Source of the DNA: Mesotaenium endlicherianum
Lineage: Eukaryota
NCBI GenBank assembly: GCA_009602735.1
Contig: WELA01001729.1
Span: forward strand, 1 to 64,000
Length of the DNA stretch: 64,000 nt
Reading direction: 5' to 3'
A program made the position numbers and the translations under genes. This document shows positions 35,349-47,800 of this stretch, one piece after another (the first letter of the stretch is position 1; the number at the start of each line of letters is the position of its first letter). Below the pieces are notes generated by a model. The model saw nothing but the letters and a program-made list of their open reading frames with translations, had not been told where the DNA came from and did not search any database.

Positions 35349-35630
35349 CCTGCTCAATCATAAACACAATGTATTAGTGAAGTCATGATATTTTGCCGCT
35401 ACTGGGTGCCCTTGATGAAGAGGAAGAGTTCCTAGTGTGGAATACCTGGTGTGAGTGAATATAAGGGAAAATTGAGTTGGAGAGTGAGTGTGACCGCAGG
35501 TTGAGTGTGTAATATGGTGATCAAAGAATACCACAGAATACCACTTCCTCCAACTTAATTTTAAAGGTGGGCTGCCTGTCACAACTGTCACTAACTGTCG
35601 CATCCCCCTCCGTGTCAACTGAAATGACTG

Positions 35631-38600
35631 TTAGAAAGGTGCCCCAGCCGCCCGAAGGTGGAACCGTTTCAACGCCCCTTTGGCATTGGTCAGCTGGTCT
35701 TTAAATTCCCAAGTGTCCCCAGAGGCATCGTAACCCTTCCATCGGATGAGGTACTTCATGACATATTTAGACGATCGACGGACCGAGCGAGCGTCTAAAA
35801 TCTCATCGACCTCATACTCCTCAGGATTGCCGTCCCGGACAGCGGGGACCGGTCCCAATTGGACAGGTAACCGCACTGTGAACAATGTATCACCTTTGAT
35901 GTATGGTTCCACGAAGGAGACATTAAAGACCGGGTGACCCTTACAGTCAGCTGACATGTTCAGTTTGTAAGCATTCTGACCGACACGACGTACCACCGAA
36001 TATGGACCGACCATACAGGGCCAAGCTTTTTCTTAACCACACCAGGGAGGTACAGGTGCTGAGAATGCAGTTTGACTAAATCGCCCTTAGAAAATGTCAG
36101 CTCCCGACAGTGTTGATTAGCGTATTTTTGTTGGTTTTCTTGGGCTTTGTGCAGGTTTTGTTGGACTTCTGACAGGGTGTCAGCAAACTCCTGAGTTAAC
36201 TGGAGGGAGACCGGGTTGTCAATCCCTTCAGGGTCAGTTAAAGACTCCCCCAGTACATCTAAAGGAGACTTAGGGACTCTACCCAGGCTGAGATCGAAAG
36301 GAGTCTTGCCCGTTGACGTGTGCACCGCACTGTTGACCGCAAACTGAATTTGAGGCAACACGTCATCCCAATTATCTTGTTTATGATTAATATATGCCCT
36401 CAGCACCTCCTGCGGAACTCGATTAGTTCTTTCAATCTGCCCATCAGTTTGAAGGTGGTTTGCTGTGCTGAGCAGCTGTTTGACTCCCATTAACCCCATT
36501 AAAGCTCTCCAGTACTTAGAGGTGAATTTTGGTCTCTATCTGAGATAATATTAGAAGGTAGCCCTTGTTGGCATACTACATGGTTGTAAAACTGTCTCGC
36601 TGTTTCGAGTGCAGTTACTTTGACAGTTGTGGGGATGAAAATGACCATTTTTGTCAGTTTATCCGCGACTACCAATATCGAATCATGCCCATTGGCAGTT
36701 CGTGGCAGTGTGACCACCCAGTCCATGGATATAGTTTCCCAGCGGCCAACTGGGATGGGCAGTGGTTGCAAGAGACCTCCGGGTGGTGTGTGTCGAGACT
36801 TATTTCTCTGACACTGGTCACAGGACTTGACATATTTCAAGACCTCCCGGGGTAACCCCTCCCAATGATAATGTTTTGCCAGTTTGCCAACAGTTTTGGC
36901 CTGCCCCAAATGTCCACCCAGGAGACTGTCATGAGCTTGACTCAGTAAGAGAGACCTTATTTCCAAGTTATTAGGAATGACCAGCTTCAGCCTGCATGAA
37001 GTGGTTTCAGTCACCCAGACCCCTCCCTTAAGCTTATACCCGAGTGCAGTAGCACGACACACACCAGTTGTGGGGCTGAGCTCAAATGTTGGGTCAGAAA
37101 GGTAGGCTTTCCTAAGTTGTTCTAGGAAGGACTTTTTCACCTTTAGTGAAGTGAGTGCACACAGGACTTTATCTACAGCGTGCTGACTAAAGTTCCTTTC
37201 TTGCAAGACAGGTCTTCTAGAGAGTGAATCAGCAGGATTCAACTTTCCTTGTTTGTAGTCGATCTGGACTTGGAACTGCTCCAGCATCTGGCTCCAGCGG
37301 TTCTCCCTCCTCGACAGCTTGGACTTCTTCTGAAAGTGGGTCAGAGCTAGACGATCGGTAATCAACTTAAAGGCTTTACCATGTAAGAATGCTCTCCATT
37401 GTTTGAGTACATGAATGATAGCTAGCAGCTCTTTATCATGCACTGAGTAATTAATCTCCGCTGGATTAAATTTCATAGACTCATACAACACAGGATGCCA
37501 CTCCTGCCGTACCTTACCATCCTTTGTGGTTTTGTCAGCAGGCTGCAACAAAATAGCACCCATGGCAAAGTCAGAGGCATCAGTAACCACCTGCACCGGT
37601 TTGCTGGGGTCATACACGGCTAGCACTGGGGCGAAACAAAGGGCATCTTTAAGGGCCTGGAAGGCAGCCTGCTGGTCTTCCCCCCACACATACCCAATGT
37701 CTTTCTTAGTAAGGTCAGTCAGTTTACTGGCCTTTGTGGAATAATTATCAATAAATCTCCTATAGTAGTTAGCCAACCCGAGGAAGGATCTGACTTCAGA
37801 GACGAACTGTGGTACTGGCCAGTCCCGTATGGTCTGGACTTTCTTAGGATCCACACTGATGCCCTCTTTACTGACAACGTGGCCTAAGAATTCAATACTT
37901 TCCTTCAAGAAATCACACTTGCTCATTTTAGCATATCAGTGATTTTTCCGCACAGTGTCCAGGACTGTTTTTAAGTGTCCAGTGTGCTGAGCTTCATCTT
38001 TAGAGAAAATTAAAATATCATCCAGGAAAACTTGCACAAACTTATCCAAATAAGGTCTGAAAATGTCATTCATAGCACCCATGAAGGTAGCCGGAGCATT
38101 AGTCAGTCCAAATGGCATCACGTTGAAGTCATAGTGTCCATAACGTGTGCGGAAGGCTGTCTTGTGTTCATCTCCCTCAGCAATTCTGATTTGATGATAA
38201 CCACTCTTGAGATCTATCTTACTGAAAACCTTAGCTGCAGACAGGGTATCAAGCAAGTCCTTGATTTTGGGTAAAGCATACTTGTTCTTTACTGAATTCT
38301 GTTCAGGGCTCTGTAATCCACACATATTCGCATACTGCCATCCTTTTTCTTAACAAATAGGATGGGTGCGTCGTACGGTGATTTACTGGGAGAAATATAA
38401 CCATTTTCCTCCAGCTCTGCAATCTGTGTTTTAACTCCTCACTCTCCAAATAAGACAAGCCATACGTGCGTTGCCAAGGTGGCTATTTACCCGGTAATAA
38501 ATCAATCCGATGATCTACTTCCCTCTTAGCGGGAAGTCCTGGAGGCATATTAAATACATCCGTGTACTGAGCAACAATTTTTGCAGCAGTAGGGTGCTCC

Positions 38601-39437
38601 GGAGGGTTTACCTTTTTTCTCAACCACTTCTTCAGGTTGAGGAGGTACCTCTCTTAGCAGCAGACAGAACATTCTGTCTTCCTTCTGGTTCCAGCTTTTG
38701 ACGAACTCCATTGCATTCAGCAACTTGCATCCTTCTGGAAGCCTCTTCTTTTCCTTCATTTGCCATCCACACAGGACAAGAGGAAGAGCACTGGTGGGTG
38801 CCAAGTCAGTCTGCCCATCACTGGCTCCTCTCACTTTAACTGTACCTCTGCTCCAACACACTTCAGCTTGATGTCTATTAAGCCAGGACCTGCCTAGCAC
38901 GAGATCATAAAAGCCAGTGTTGAGTACCTCAAATGTAAGCGTTTCAGTTAGAACTGCAATGCCAGAACCTAACTGGACCTCAATAGGCTTGGTTATAACT
39001 CCTCCCGGGATACTTGAGGCATCTCCAAGGAATATTTTTCTATTCCCTTGGGTGACAGTAGGCAGCCTTAGCCGCTTAACTAAGTCCTTGTGGATTTAAG
39101 TATGTGACGCCCCTCCATCAACAAATGCCCTCACCTTTCTACCTGCAATCATGCAATGCAGTAGGATAGGGGGGATTGTCATTTCCTGACTTTCGCATTG
39201 TTCTCCTGACTTAGCAAATAAATGTTGGACATCAGGTGGAACAAGAGCATCCAGAGTGTGCACTCTCTGGACGTCTATATTACTGATGGTCTCCTTTATC
39301 TGTTTGTCAGGCATGCATAGTGAATCCAGTTCAGCAGGACCCATAATACCTGCTACGAGGGCAGCTAGTGACGACTCACTATCTCTAGCATCCTCACAGT
39401 CAGTAGACTGGATTACTGACTGTTGCTGTCTTTTAAA
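35631..39437 (-). pseudogene. pol: B3 pol (PR, RT, RH, IN, chromodomain) with several frameshifts/stops
   Basis: ORFs 39096-39344, 38550-38900, 37936-38325 (FLDDILI), 36499-37926, 35960-36499, 35631-36014. Confidence 0.92.
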
Positions 39438-40912
39438 GGCTGGTCTTTTCTCTCGACCTTAGGCAGGTGCCTGACCGGACACTGTTCTCTGTAGTGGCCT
39501 TTCTGCTGACAATGGTAGCAAGTAGATTTTGCTGAGGCTGGTCTCGGGTTAGTCCTACCACCACCCCTGCCATAGTCGCCTCGAGAGGACCCACCTCTAC
39601 CTCTAGACTGAATAGCATTGTACTCATACTCATATTCATCACCCTGATTATCCTCAGCCTGGTCTCCTTCAACTGCATTGTAGGAACCGTGGGGCTTTTT
39701 GACAATCTTAGACACCAAAGCGTTACTCTGGCGCTTGTGATTGAACTGCTGCTGATCCCAGGCGTCAGCATCCTGGATCAAGTCAGCCAGTTTCTCATAC
39801 TTTTTCTCAGCAAAATGACCAGAGACCTCGGATTTCAAGCCATACCTGAAGTATGCTATCCTATACCGTTCTGGCAAATCAGGCTGCTTCATCATGTTCT
39901 CTTGGAACTTTTGAGCAAACTCAGCAACTGAAGTGGTCTGCTTCAGTGTCAGGGAGATCATCGCATAGATAGCTTTCTCCTGCTGATTGATGACATCAAA
40001 CTTCTCATGCAACTTCTTGACAAACTCTACCCACGTAGGGTCCCCGAGTNCCCGAGTTGCCGAGCCTTACGCTCCCCCTTCCAGTAAAGCCACCAATCTG
40101 CGGCACTGCCTTTCAGTAGCGCACCGGTGTGCCTGACCTTCTCGTCATCTTGCAGTTCTGGGTAGTTCTCCACCCACTGCTCAACATCCGCGAGAAACTT
40201 GATCAGGTAATATTTTCTGTTTCCCTCAGGATCATATTCCTGGGGAGGTTTCGGCTTGGGCTTACTAGGCCCTCGGCCACCACCACTAGTGGTTTGAGAC
40301 CCCAGTTGGTCTCTGTCCCGCAGTAGGGACATTATGATTCTTTTGTCCTCCTGCTGGGACTGATACATGGTCGCCATTTGCGACTTCATTCGGACGAACA
40401 TTGCTCCTTAGTCTACACTCTGGGGTGGTAGATAAGCAAATGCAGCAGCAGCATTGGCATCTACTCGCTGAGTAGTGTCCTCTACAATCCCTCTCGCTCC
40501 TGCAGCAGCAATTCCTGCCGCATTCAGCCGGTCACGTATTTGACCTAGGGGTACATTGAGTTGTACAGCAGGAGGTGGGCTCACAACATTGGCCCTTGAT
40601 GCCATAAGTTNTGGATGCCATAAGTTCTTCAACCGTGCGCTCGTCAGCGAGCTGTCCTTCCCTCCTTTCTGTATCCTCAGCAGCCTTTGCTAATTGTTCA
40701 GCTAATCTGGCTCTCTCCTCCTCAGCTTGCTGTGCTGCGACTGCGGCAATAGCAGCTGCTTCATCTGTAGCCTCTCTAGCTGCAGTATCCGCGACTGTTT
40801 CAGAATAGGTACGGGTTCCCGCTACATGGCTTTCCGCCTGGTTTTTGACATTCTCGTTATCCTGGTTCTCCATGTCTCGGGAGTTGCTAGTTTGTGACCT
40901 CGTCCTTACCAT
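39413..40912 (-). pseudogene. gag: B3 gag (MVRTRSQ start, capsid, RGG tract, CYHCQQKGHYREQC knuckle); two breaks coincide with N gaps, plus a stop at 40408
   Basis: ORFs 40532-40912, 40408-40632, 40027-40401, 39413-40012. Confidence 0.88.
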
Positions 40913-40933
40913 ACAAAGAAGACTACGATAACT

Positions 40934-40945
40934 GCTCCGATACCA
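40934..40945 (-). promoter_or_regulatory. PBS TGGTATCGGAGC of B3
   Basis: 1 nt from the 5' LTR end. Confidence 0.92.
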
Positions 40946-40946
40946 C

Positions 40947-41667
40947 TGAAATGAATCGACTTACCACATAGGCGATTAACAATTAATAAAGATTTTTATT
41001 GCAGCAAGTAATCTTTATGGTATTTTTCGTTAACTGGTTAAACGGCAAGGACAACACACTAGCAGTGAATAATACTCGTAAGTCAAATGCGAGTAAACTA
41101 GCATCAATAATGCAAATCAGTAAACTCATACATAAGCAAGGTTAGAAGACAGTGCGTATCAATGGCTTCTCGCCTTGGATTCAGATTGCTCTCAGTAAGC
41201 TGTACCAGAGAGTTCGCCTCGTTTTCGAATGCCGAACTCGAGAGCAATGCCTAGCATATGTACATGGAATGAGTTTACTGTTCAACGGTCAGTGCGATGG
41301 CACCGCCTACCCGGGAGTTAACCACGTTGGTAGGACCTCGGTTAACCAAATCCACCGCCATCTCCTATCATCCCGAATAGCCATCCATCATAGGGATGTC
41401 ATCTGGCCATTCATCTAGCATACCACACTTAGATGCATATTGAGGCAGTTCGCTGCTACCGAGTACGGAAGTCAGCTGGCTATCAAAGAATGTGTCAGCA
41501 AGCTGACTTAAGGTGATCTCAGCCTGCTACTTCCGGGCTGAGTCATTAAACTGATATTAAATATGAAGTCCAGCAGACTGATCATTAACTAGAGTTCAGC
41601 AGGCTGAACTTATTTAACTATATTACTTAAACAAATATTATAACAACCAGTGTATTGATTCATTACA
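40947..41667 (-). repeat. 5' LTR of B3
   Basis: TGTAATGAATC...GATTCATTTCA termini on minus strand. Confidence 0.95.
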
Positions 41668-44600
41668 ACAGCTTGGACTTCTTCTGAAAGTGGGTCAGAG
41701 CTAGATGATCTGTAATCACCTTAAAGGCTTTACCATGTAAGTATGCGCTCCACTGTTTGAGCACATGAATAACAGCTAGGAGCTGTTTATCATGCACTGA
41801 GTAATTAATCGCTGCTGGATTAAATTTCATATACTCGTACAACACAGGTTGCCATTCCTGCCTTACATGGTTGTCGAACTGTCTTGCTGTTTCGAGTGCA
41901 GTTACTTTGACAGTTGTGGGGATGAAAATGACCATTTTTGTTAGTTTATCCACGACTACCAGTATCAAATCATGCCCAGTAGCATTTCGTGGCAGTGTGA
42001 CCACCCAGTCTATGGATATAGTTTCCCAGCGTCTCGCTGGGATGGGCAGCGGTTGCAAGAGACCTCTCGGTGGTGTGTACCTAGATTTATTTCTTTGACA
42101 CTAATCACAGGATTTCACATATTTCAAGACCTCTCGGGGCAACCCCTCCCAATGATAATGTTTTGCCAGTTTGCCAACAGTTTTGGCCTGCCCCAAATGC
42201 CTACCGAGTAAACTGTCATGTGCTTGACTCAATAAAGGGACTTTATTTCCAAGTTATTAGGAATGACCAGCTTCAGCTTGCCTGAAGTGGTTTCAGTCAC
42301 CCAGACCCCTCCCTTAAGTTTATACGCAAGTGCAGTAGCACGACACACACATCAGCAGGATTCAACTTCCCTGGTTTGTAGTCGATCTGGACTTGGAACT
42401 GCTCCAGCACCTGGCTCCAGCAATTCTCCCTCCTCGACAGCTTGGACTTCTTCTAAAAGTGGGTCAAAGCTGGACGATCTGTAATCAACTTAAAGGCTTT
42501 ACCATGTAAGAATGCTCTTCACTGTTTGAGCACATGAATGATAGCTAGCAGCTCTTTATCATGCTTTGAGTAATTAATCGCTGCTGGAATAAATTTCATA
42601 TACTCGTACAACACATGTTGCCATTCCTGCCTTACCTTACCGTCCTTTGTGGTTTTGTCCGCAAGCTGCAACAAAATAGCACCCATGGCAAAGTCAGAGG
42701 CATCAGTGACCACCTGCACCGGTTTGCTGGGGTCATACACGGCTAGCACTGGGGCAGAACAAAGGGCATCTTTAAGGGTCTGGAAGGCAGCCTGCTACTC
42801 TTCCCCCCACGCATACCCTATATCTTTCTTAGTAAGGTCAGTCAGTTTACTGGCCTTTGTGGAGTAATTCTCAATAATTTTCCTATAGTAGTTAGCACCA
42901 GACAGGGTATCAAGCAAGTCCTCGATTCTGGGTAAAGCATACTTGTTCTTTACCGTAATTTTGTTCAGGGCTCAATAATCCACACACATCCGCATATTGC
43001 CACCTTTTTTTTAACAGATAGGATGGGTGCGCCGTAAGGTGATTTACTGGGGGATATATAACCATTTTCCTCAAGCTCTGCAATCTGTGTTTTCAACTCC
43101 TCGCTCTCCACATAAGACAAGCCATAAGTGCGTTACCAAGGTGGCTGATTACCCGGTAATCAATCAATCCGATGATCTACTTCCCTCTTAGGGGGTAGTC
43201 CTGGAGGCATATTAAATACATCCGTGTACTGAGCAACAATTTTTGCAGCAGTAGGGTGCTCCGGAGTGCTTACCTTTTTCTCCACCACTTCTTCAGGTTG
43301 AGGAGGTACCTCTCTTAGCAGCAGACAGAACATTCTGTCTTCCTTCTGGTTCCAGCTGTCGATGAACTCCATTGCATTCAGCAATTTGCATCCTCCTGGA
43401 AGCCTCTCCTTTTCCTTCATCCGCCATCCGTACAGGACAAGAGGAAGAGCACTGGTGGGTGCCAAGTTAGTCTGCCCATCACTGGCTTCTCTCACTGTAA
43501 CAATACCTCTACTCCAACACACTTCAGCTTGATGTATGTTAAGCCAAGACCTGCCTAGCACGAGATCATAAAAGCTAGTGTTGAGTACCTCAAATGTATG
43601 CGTTTCAGTTAGAACTGCATTGCCAGAACCTAACTGGACATCAATAGGCTTGGTTATAACTCCTCTCGGGATACTTGAGGCATCTCCAAGGAATATTTTT
43701 CTATTCCCTTGGGTGATAGTTTGCAGCCTTAGCCGCTTAACTAAGTCCTTATGGATGAAAGTATGTGACGCTCCTCCGTCAACAAATGCCCTCACCTTCC
43801 TACCTGCAATCATACAATGTAGTAGAGTAGGGGAGACTGAGTTTTCCTGACTTTCGCATTGTTCTCCTTACTTGGCAAGGAAATGGTGGACATCAGGTGG
43901 AACACAATCATTCAGAGTGTGCTTTCTCTGGGGATCTATATTGCTGATGGTCTCACTTATCTGTTTTCCAGGCATGCATAGTGAATCCAGTTCAACAGGA
44001 CCCATAATACCTGCTACGAGGGCAGCTAGTGACAACTCACTATCTCCAGCCTCCTCACAATCAGTAGACTGGATTACTGACTGTTAATGTCTTTCAAAGG
44101 CTGGTCCTTTTTCTCGACCTTTGGAAGGTGCTTGACTGGACACTGCTCTTTGTAGTGACCCAGCTGCTGGCAATGGAAGCAAATCGATTTTGCTGAGGCT
44201 GGTCTTGGCTTAATCCTACCATTACCTCTTCCATAGCCACCTCGAAAGTAACCACCTCTCCCTGTAGACAGCATAGCATATGCTCATACTCATACTCATT
44301 AGCCTGATTGTCCTCAGCCTGGTCTCTTGCAATTGCATTGTAGGAACCGTGTGGCTTTTTGACAATCTTAGGCACCAAAGTATTACTCTGGCGCTTGTGA
44401 TTGAACTGCTGCTGATCCCAGGCGTAAGCATCGTGGATCAAGTCAGTCAGTTTCTCATATTTCGTTTCAGCAAAATGACCTGAGACTTTGGATATCAACC
44501 TATACCTGAAGTATGATATCCTATATCGCTCTGGCAACTCTGGCTGCTTCATCATGTTCTCTTGGAACTTTTGAGCAAACTCAGCAACTGAAGTGGTCTG

Positions 44601-44865
44601 CATCAATGTCAGGGAGATCATTGCATAGATAGCTTTCTCCTGCTAATTGATAACATCAAACTTCTCATGTAGCTTCTCGACAAACTCTACCCAAGGAGGG
44701 TCACCGAGTTGTTGAGCCATTTGCTCTTCATTCCAATACAGTCACCAGATTGCTGCAGTGCCTTTCAGTAGAGCACCAGTGTGCCTGACCTTCTCGTAAT
44801 TTTGCAGCTTTGGGTAATTCTCCAGCCACTGCTTAACATCAGCGAGAAACTTGATCATGTAATAC
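41668..44865 (-). pseudogene. B2 scrambled RNase H/integrase/RT/protease/gag fragments
   Basis: Chimeric ORF 41663-42058 (integrase fused to RNase H), 42519-42749, 43160-43813, 44094-44621. Confidence 0.85.
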
Positions 44866-47800
44866 TGTTGAAAATCTTCATCTGTCATTGCTTACTCGTT
44901 CTATAACAAGACAAATTCTTCACTTGCAGCTCATACACACCACATATAAGCATGCACACGACACCAAGAGGAGCACTCTCTTTCTCGGGGGCTCAACTCT
45001 TTCTTACTCAAGTGTATTCCTTACAAGTTTCTCTGCCCTTCTATATTCACATTTGTGGCTGCTAACCTACCTCGAACTAATCGACAGTCCTGGTCATCAA
45101 ATGCCCCACACATCAACACTCTCAACCAACATTAGCTGGACTCGACCGACCACACACTTCAGTCAACCTCCACACATGTGAACGCACATACTAAGCATTT
45201 AGAGCTAGGACTGCTCATTTTCTACACTCCCTCTCAGTTCTAATCTATTTGCTTACTATCTCTTTTAGTCCAAGCATCTCAGCACACCATTGGTGCTTTA
45301 CTCTAGGAACAGCCTTTGTCAAGGCATCAGCCACCATCTTATCAGTTCTAACAAACTTGAACTCTACACTACCATCAAGCACACACTCCCTGCACTTATG
45401 ATATTGAACATCTATATGTTTACTCCTGGCATGCTCAACAGGGTTCTTTCCTAATGCAATGCAGCTCTGACTATCACTTAAAATAATAGTGGGTCTCTTC
45501 TGCTCATAGCCCAGGTCCTCCAGAAGTTTTCTCAGCCACAGTGCCTCTCTCACTGCCTGTGAGGCTGCCATATACTCTGCCTCCATGGACGACAAGGCCA
45601 CCACCTTTTGTCTCTTGCTCTTCCAGGTCACAGCACCCTTAGCCAAAGAGAATGCATAGCCTGTTGTAGACTTCCGAGTGTCTATGTCTCCTCCCCAGTC
45701 AGCATCACTGCACCCTTCTAGCCTCACACTGTTACTTCCTCCAAGGTGCAACCACAGGTTTGGTGTCCCCTTGAGATATCTCAGGATCCTCTTCATAGCC
45801 TCCCAGTGTGCAGGGCCTGGATTCTCCATGAACTGACTCACTATCCCGACTGCGTTAGCAATATCAGGACGTGTGCACACCATCAGATACATGATACTAC
45901 CTGCAACCTTCCTCATGGGCACCTGAGACATCATCTCCCACTCATGCTCATCCTTAGCACACATACTCGAGCTCAGCTTGTGCTTAGGATCAAGGGGCAC
46001 ACTGACAGGCTTACAACCCATCATATCAAACCTCTCCAGCACTGTCTGCAAGTAGGCTGGCTGACCCAGCATTACAATCCTCTTGGCCCTGTCTCTCTTC
46101 ACCTAAATGCCAAGCAGGAACTGTACCTCTCCGAAGTCCTTCATGTCGAAGGCACGACTCAGGGCATCCTTCACCTTCTACACCTCCACCATCTTCTTGC
46201 CAACGAGCAGCACGTCATCAACATATAGTACCAGCATCACCCTGTCATCACCTGCTCCCTTCGTATACAAACTGCTGTCAGCATTGGACTTCACAAATCC
46301 CTCACCATAAAGAAAGGAGTCTATCTTCTGGTTCCACATTCTTGGAGACTGCTTCAGTCCATACAGGGACTTCTTCAGCTTGCACACCTTCTTCGGGAAC
46401 TTCTCATCAATGAATTCCTCTGGCTGCTCCATGTAGACCTCCTCCTCCAGCTCTCCATACAAAAATGCAGTCTTCACGTCCATCTGATGCATCTCCATAT
46501 CCTCCACTGCGGCAATCTGCGCCACGACTCTCACTGTGGCAATCTTGGCAACTGGTGCAAAAGTCTCATGATAGACTTCTCCCTCTGTCTGGGAGTAGCC
46601 TTTTGCCACAAACCGCGCCTTGTATCCGTCCACTAATCCATCTACCTTCCTCTTCTTCCTGTAGATCCACCTGCCTCCCACAACCTTCTTACCAGGTGGC
46701 AGCTCTGCGAGGTCCCATGTCTCATTCTTTGCCAGTCACTCCATCTCTTCCTCAGAAGCCTTTCTCCACTTAGCTGCTTCCTTTGTTCGCATAGCAGCCT
46801 CAAAGGTCTTGGGCTCTGAGTCGTCTACCATGTAGACCACCTCACTCTCTACAGCATCCTCCTCAGCCATTGACTCAGCCACACTTACATACTCATCAAA
46901 GCCAAATCTGGCAGGTGGCACACTCTCTCTTCTTGAGTGTCTAGATGGGCCATGGCTCTCTCCACTAGTGGACGCTTCTCCTCTTGCAGGTGATCTGGAG
47001 CTCCTCTCAGCTCCCTCTGTTGCTTCTGGCTCCCTGCCTGCCAGTCTCCTTGATCTTCTCTTCTCTGGTGCTGTCGCTCCCTGAGGTCGTGGACTTGTTC
47101 TCTTCCTCTCCTGTGCTGCTCCCTCTAAGAGTCTAGGTCTTGTTCTCTCCCCAATGAACTTGACCTCGTCCTCAGAATCAGAGGCTGCTCCCTCTTGCTC
47201 ATCACTCCTTGATTCAGGCTCCTCCTGAGCTTCAATGCCTGGTTGCGGCATCTCTGGTAGTGCCTGAGCTTCAGCAGCAGGGGCAGCTCTTGCAGCAGCT
47301 TGAAGCCGAGTCTCAACTTTGCTCTGCTCTTCTCCCTCTGGTATAAACTCTTCATAGAGTCTAGAGCTCCCAGGGTCCAGCACCTTCTTGTTGAAGATCA
47401 CATCTCTGCTCACGATCACTTCTCCTGTTCTCACTTTCACCAGCCCATATCCTTTGCTGTTGGTGTCATAGCCCACGAGTACACACCTCTCAGACTTGGG
47501 TTGCAGCTTGTGCCTCTTGTCCAAGGGAATATGGGACCACACCTCTGTCCCGAAGACTCTCAACTCTTGCACAGAGAGTTTCTTCCCACTCCAGACCTCC
47601 TCAGGAATCCTTCCACCAATAGCAGCCGAAGGCAGCCTGTTACTCACATACGCAGCAGTGTTTACAGCTTCTGCCCACAAGCTCACGTTCTGACCAAACG
47701 CAAAGATCATCGCTCTTGCAGCCTCCACAAGAGTCCTGTTCTTCCTCTCAGCAACTCCATTCTGCTGAGGAGAGTAAGTGATAGTCAGCTCATGCTTGAT

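Larger units (their letters stand above)
32881..41667 (-). mobile_element. Family B copy B3, full length (8787 bp), inserted into B2 pol
   Basis: 721-bp LTRs 32881-33601 and 40947-41667, TSD ACAGC, PBS 40934-40945, PPT 33602-33615, order gag-pol-chromodomain-accessory ORF. Confidence 0.96.

Noticed and set aside
41152..41418. 88-aa ORF recurring in B LTRs (also 15576, 26031, 27215, 55066)
   Set aside because: GTG start, antisense to the element, broken in other LTR copies; recurrence is explained by LTR similarity; no evidence of codon-level selection
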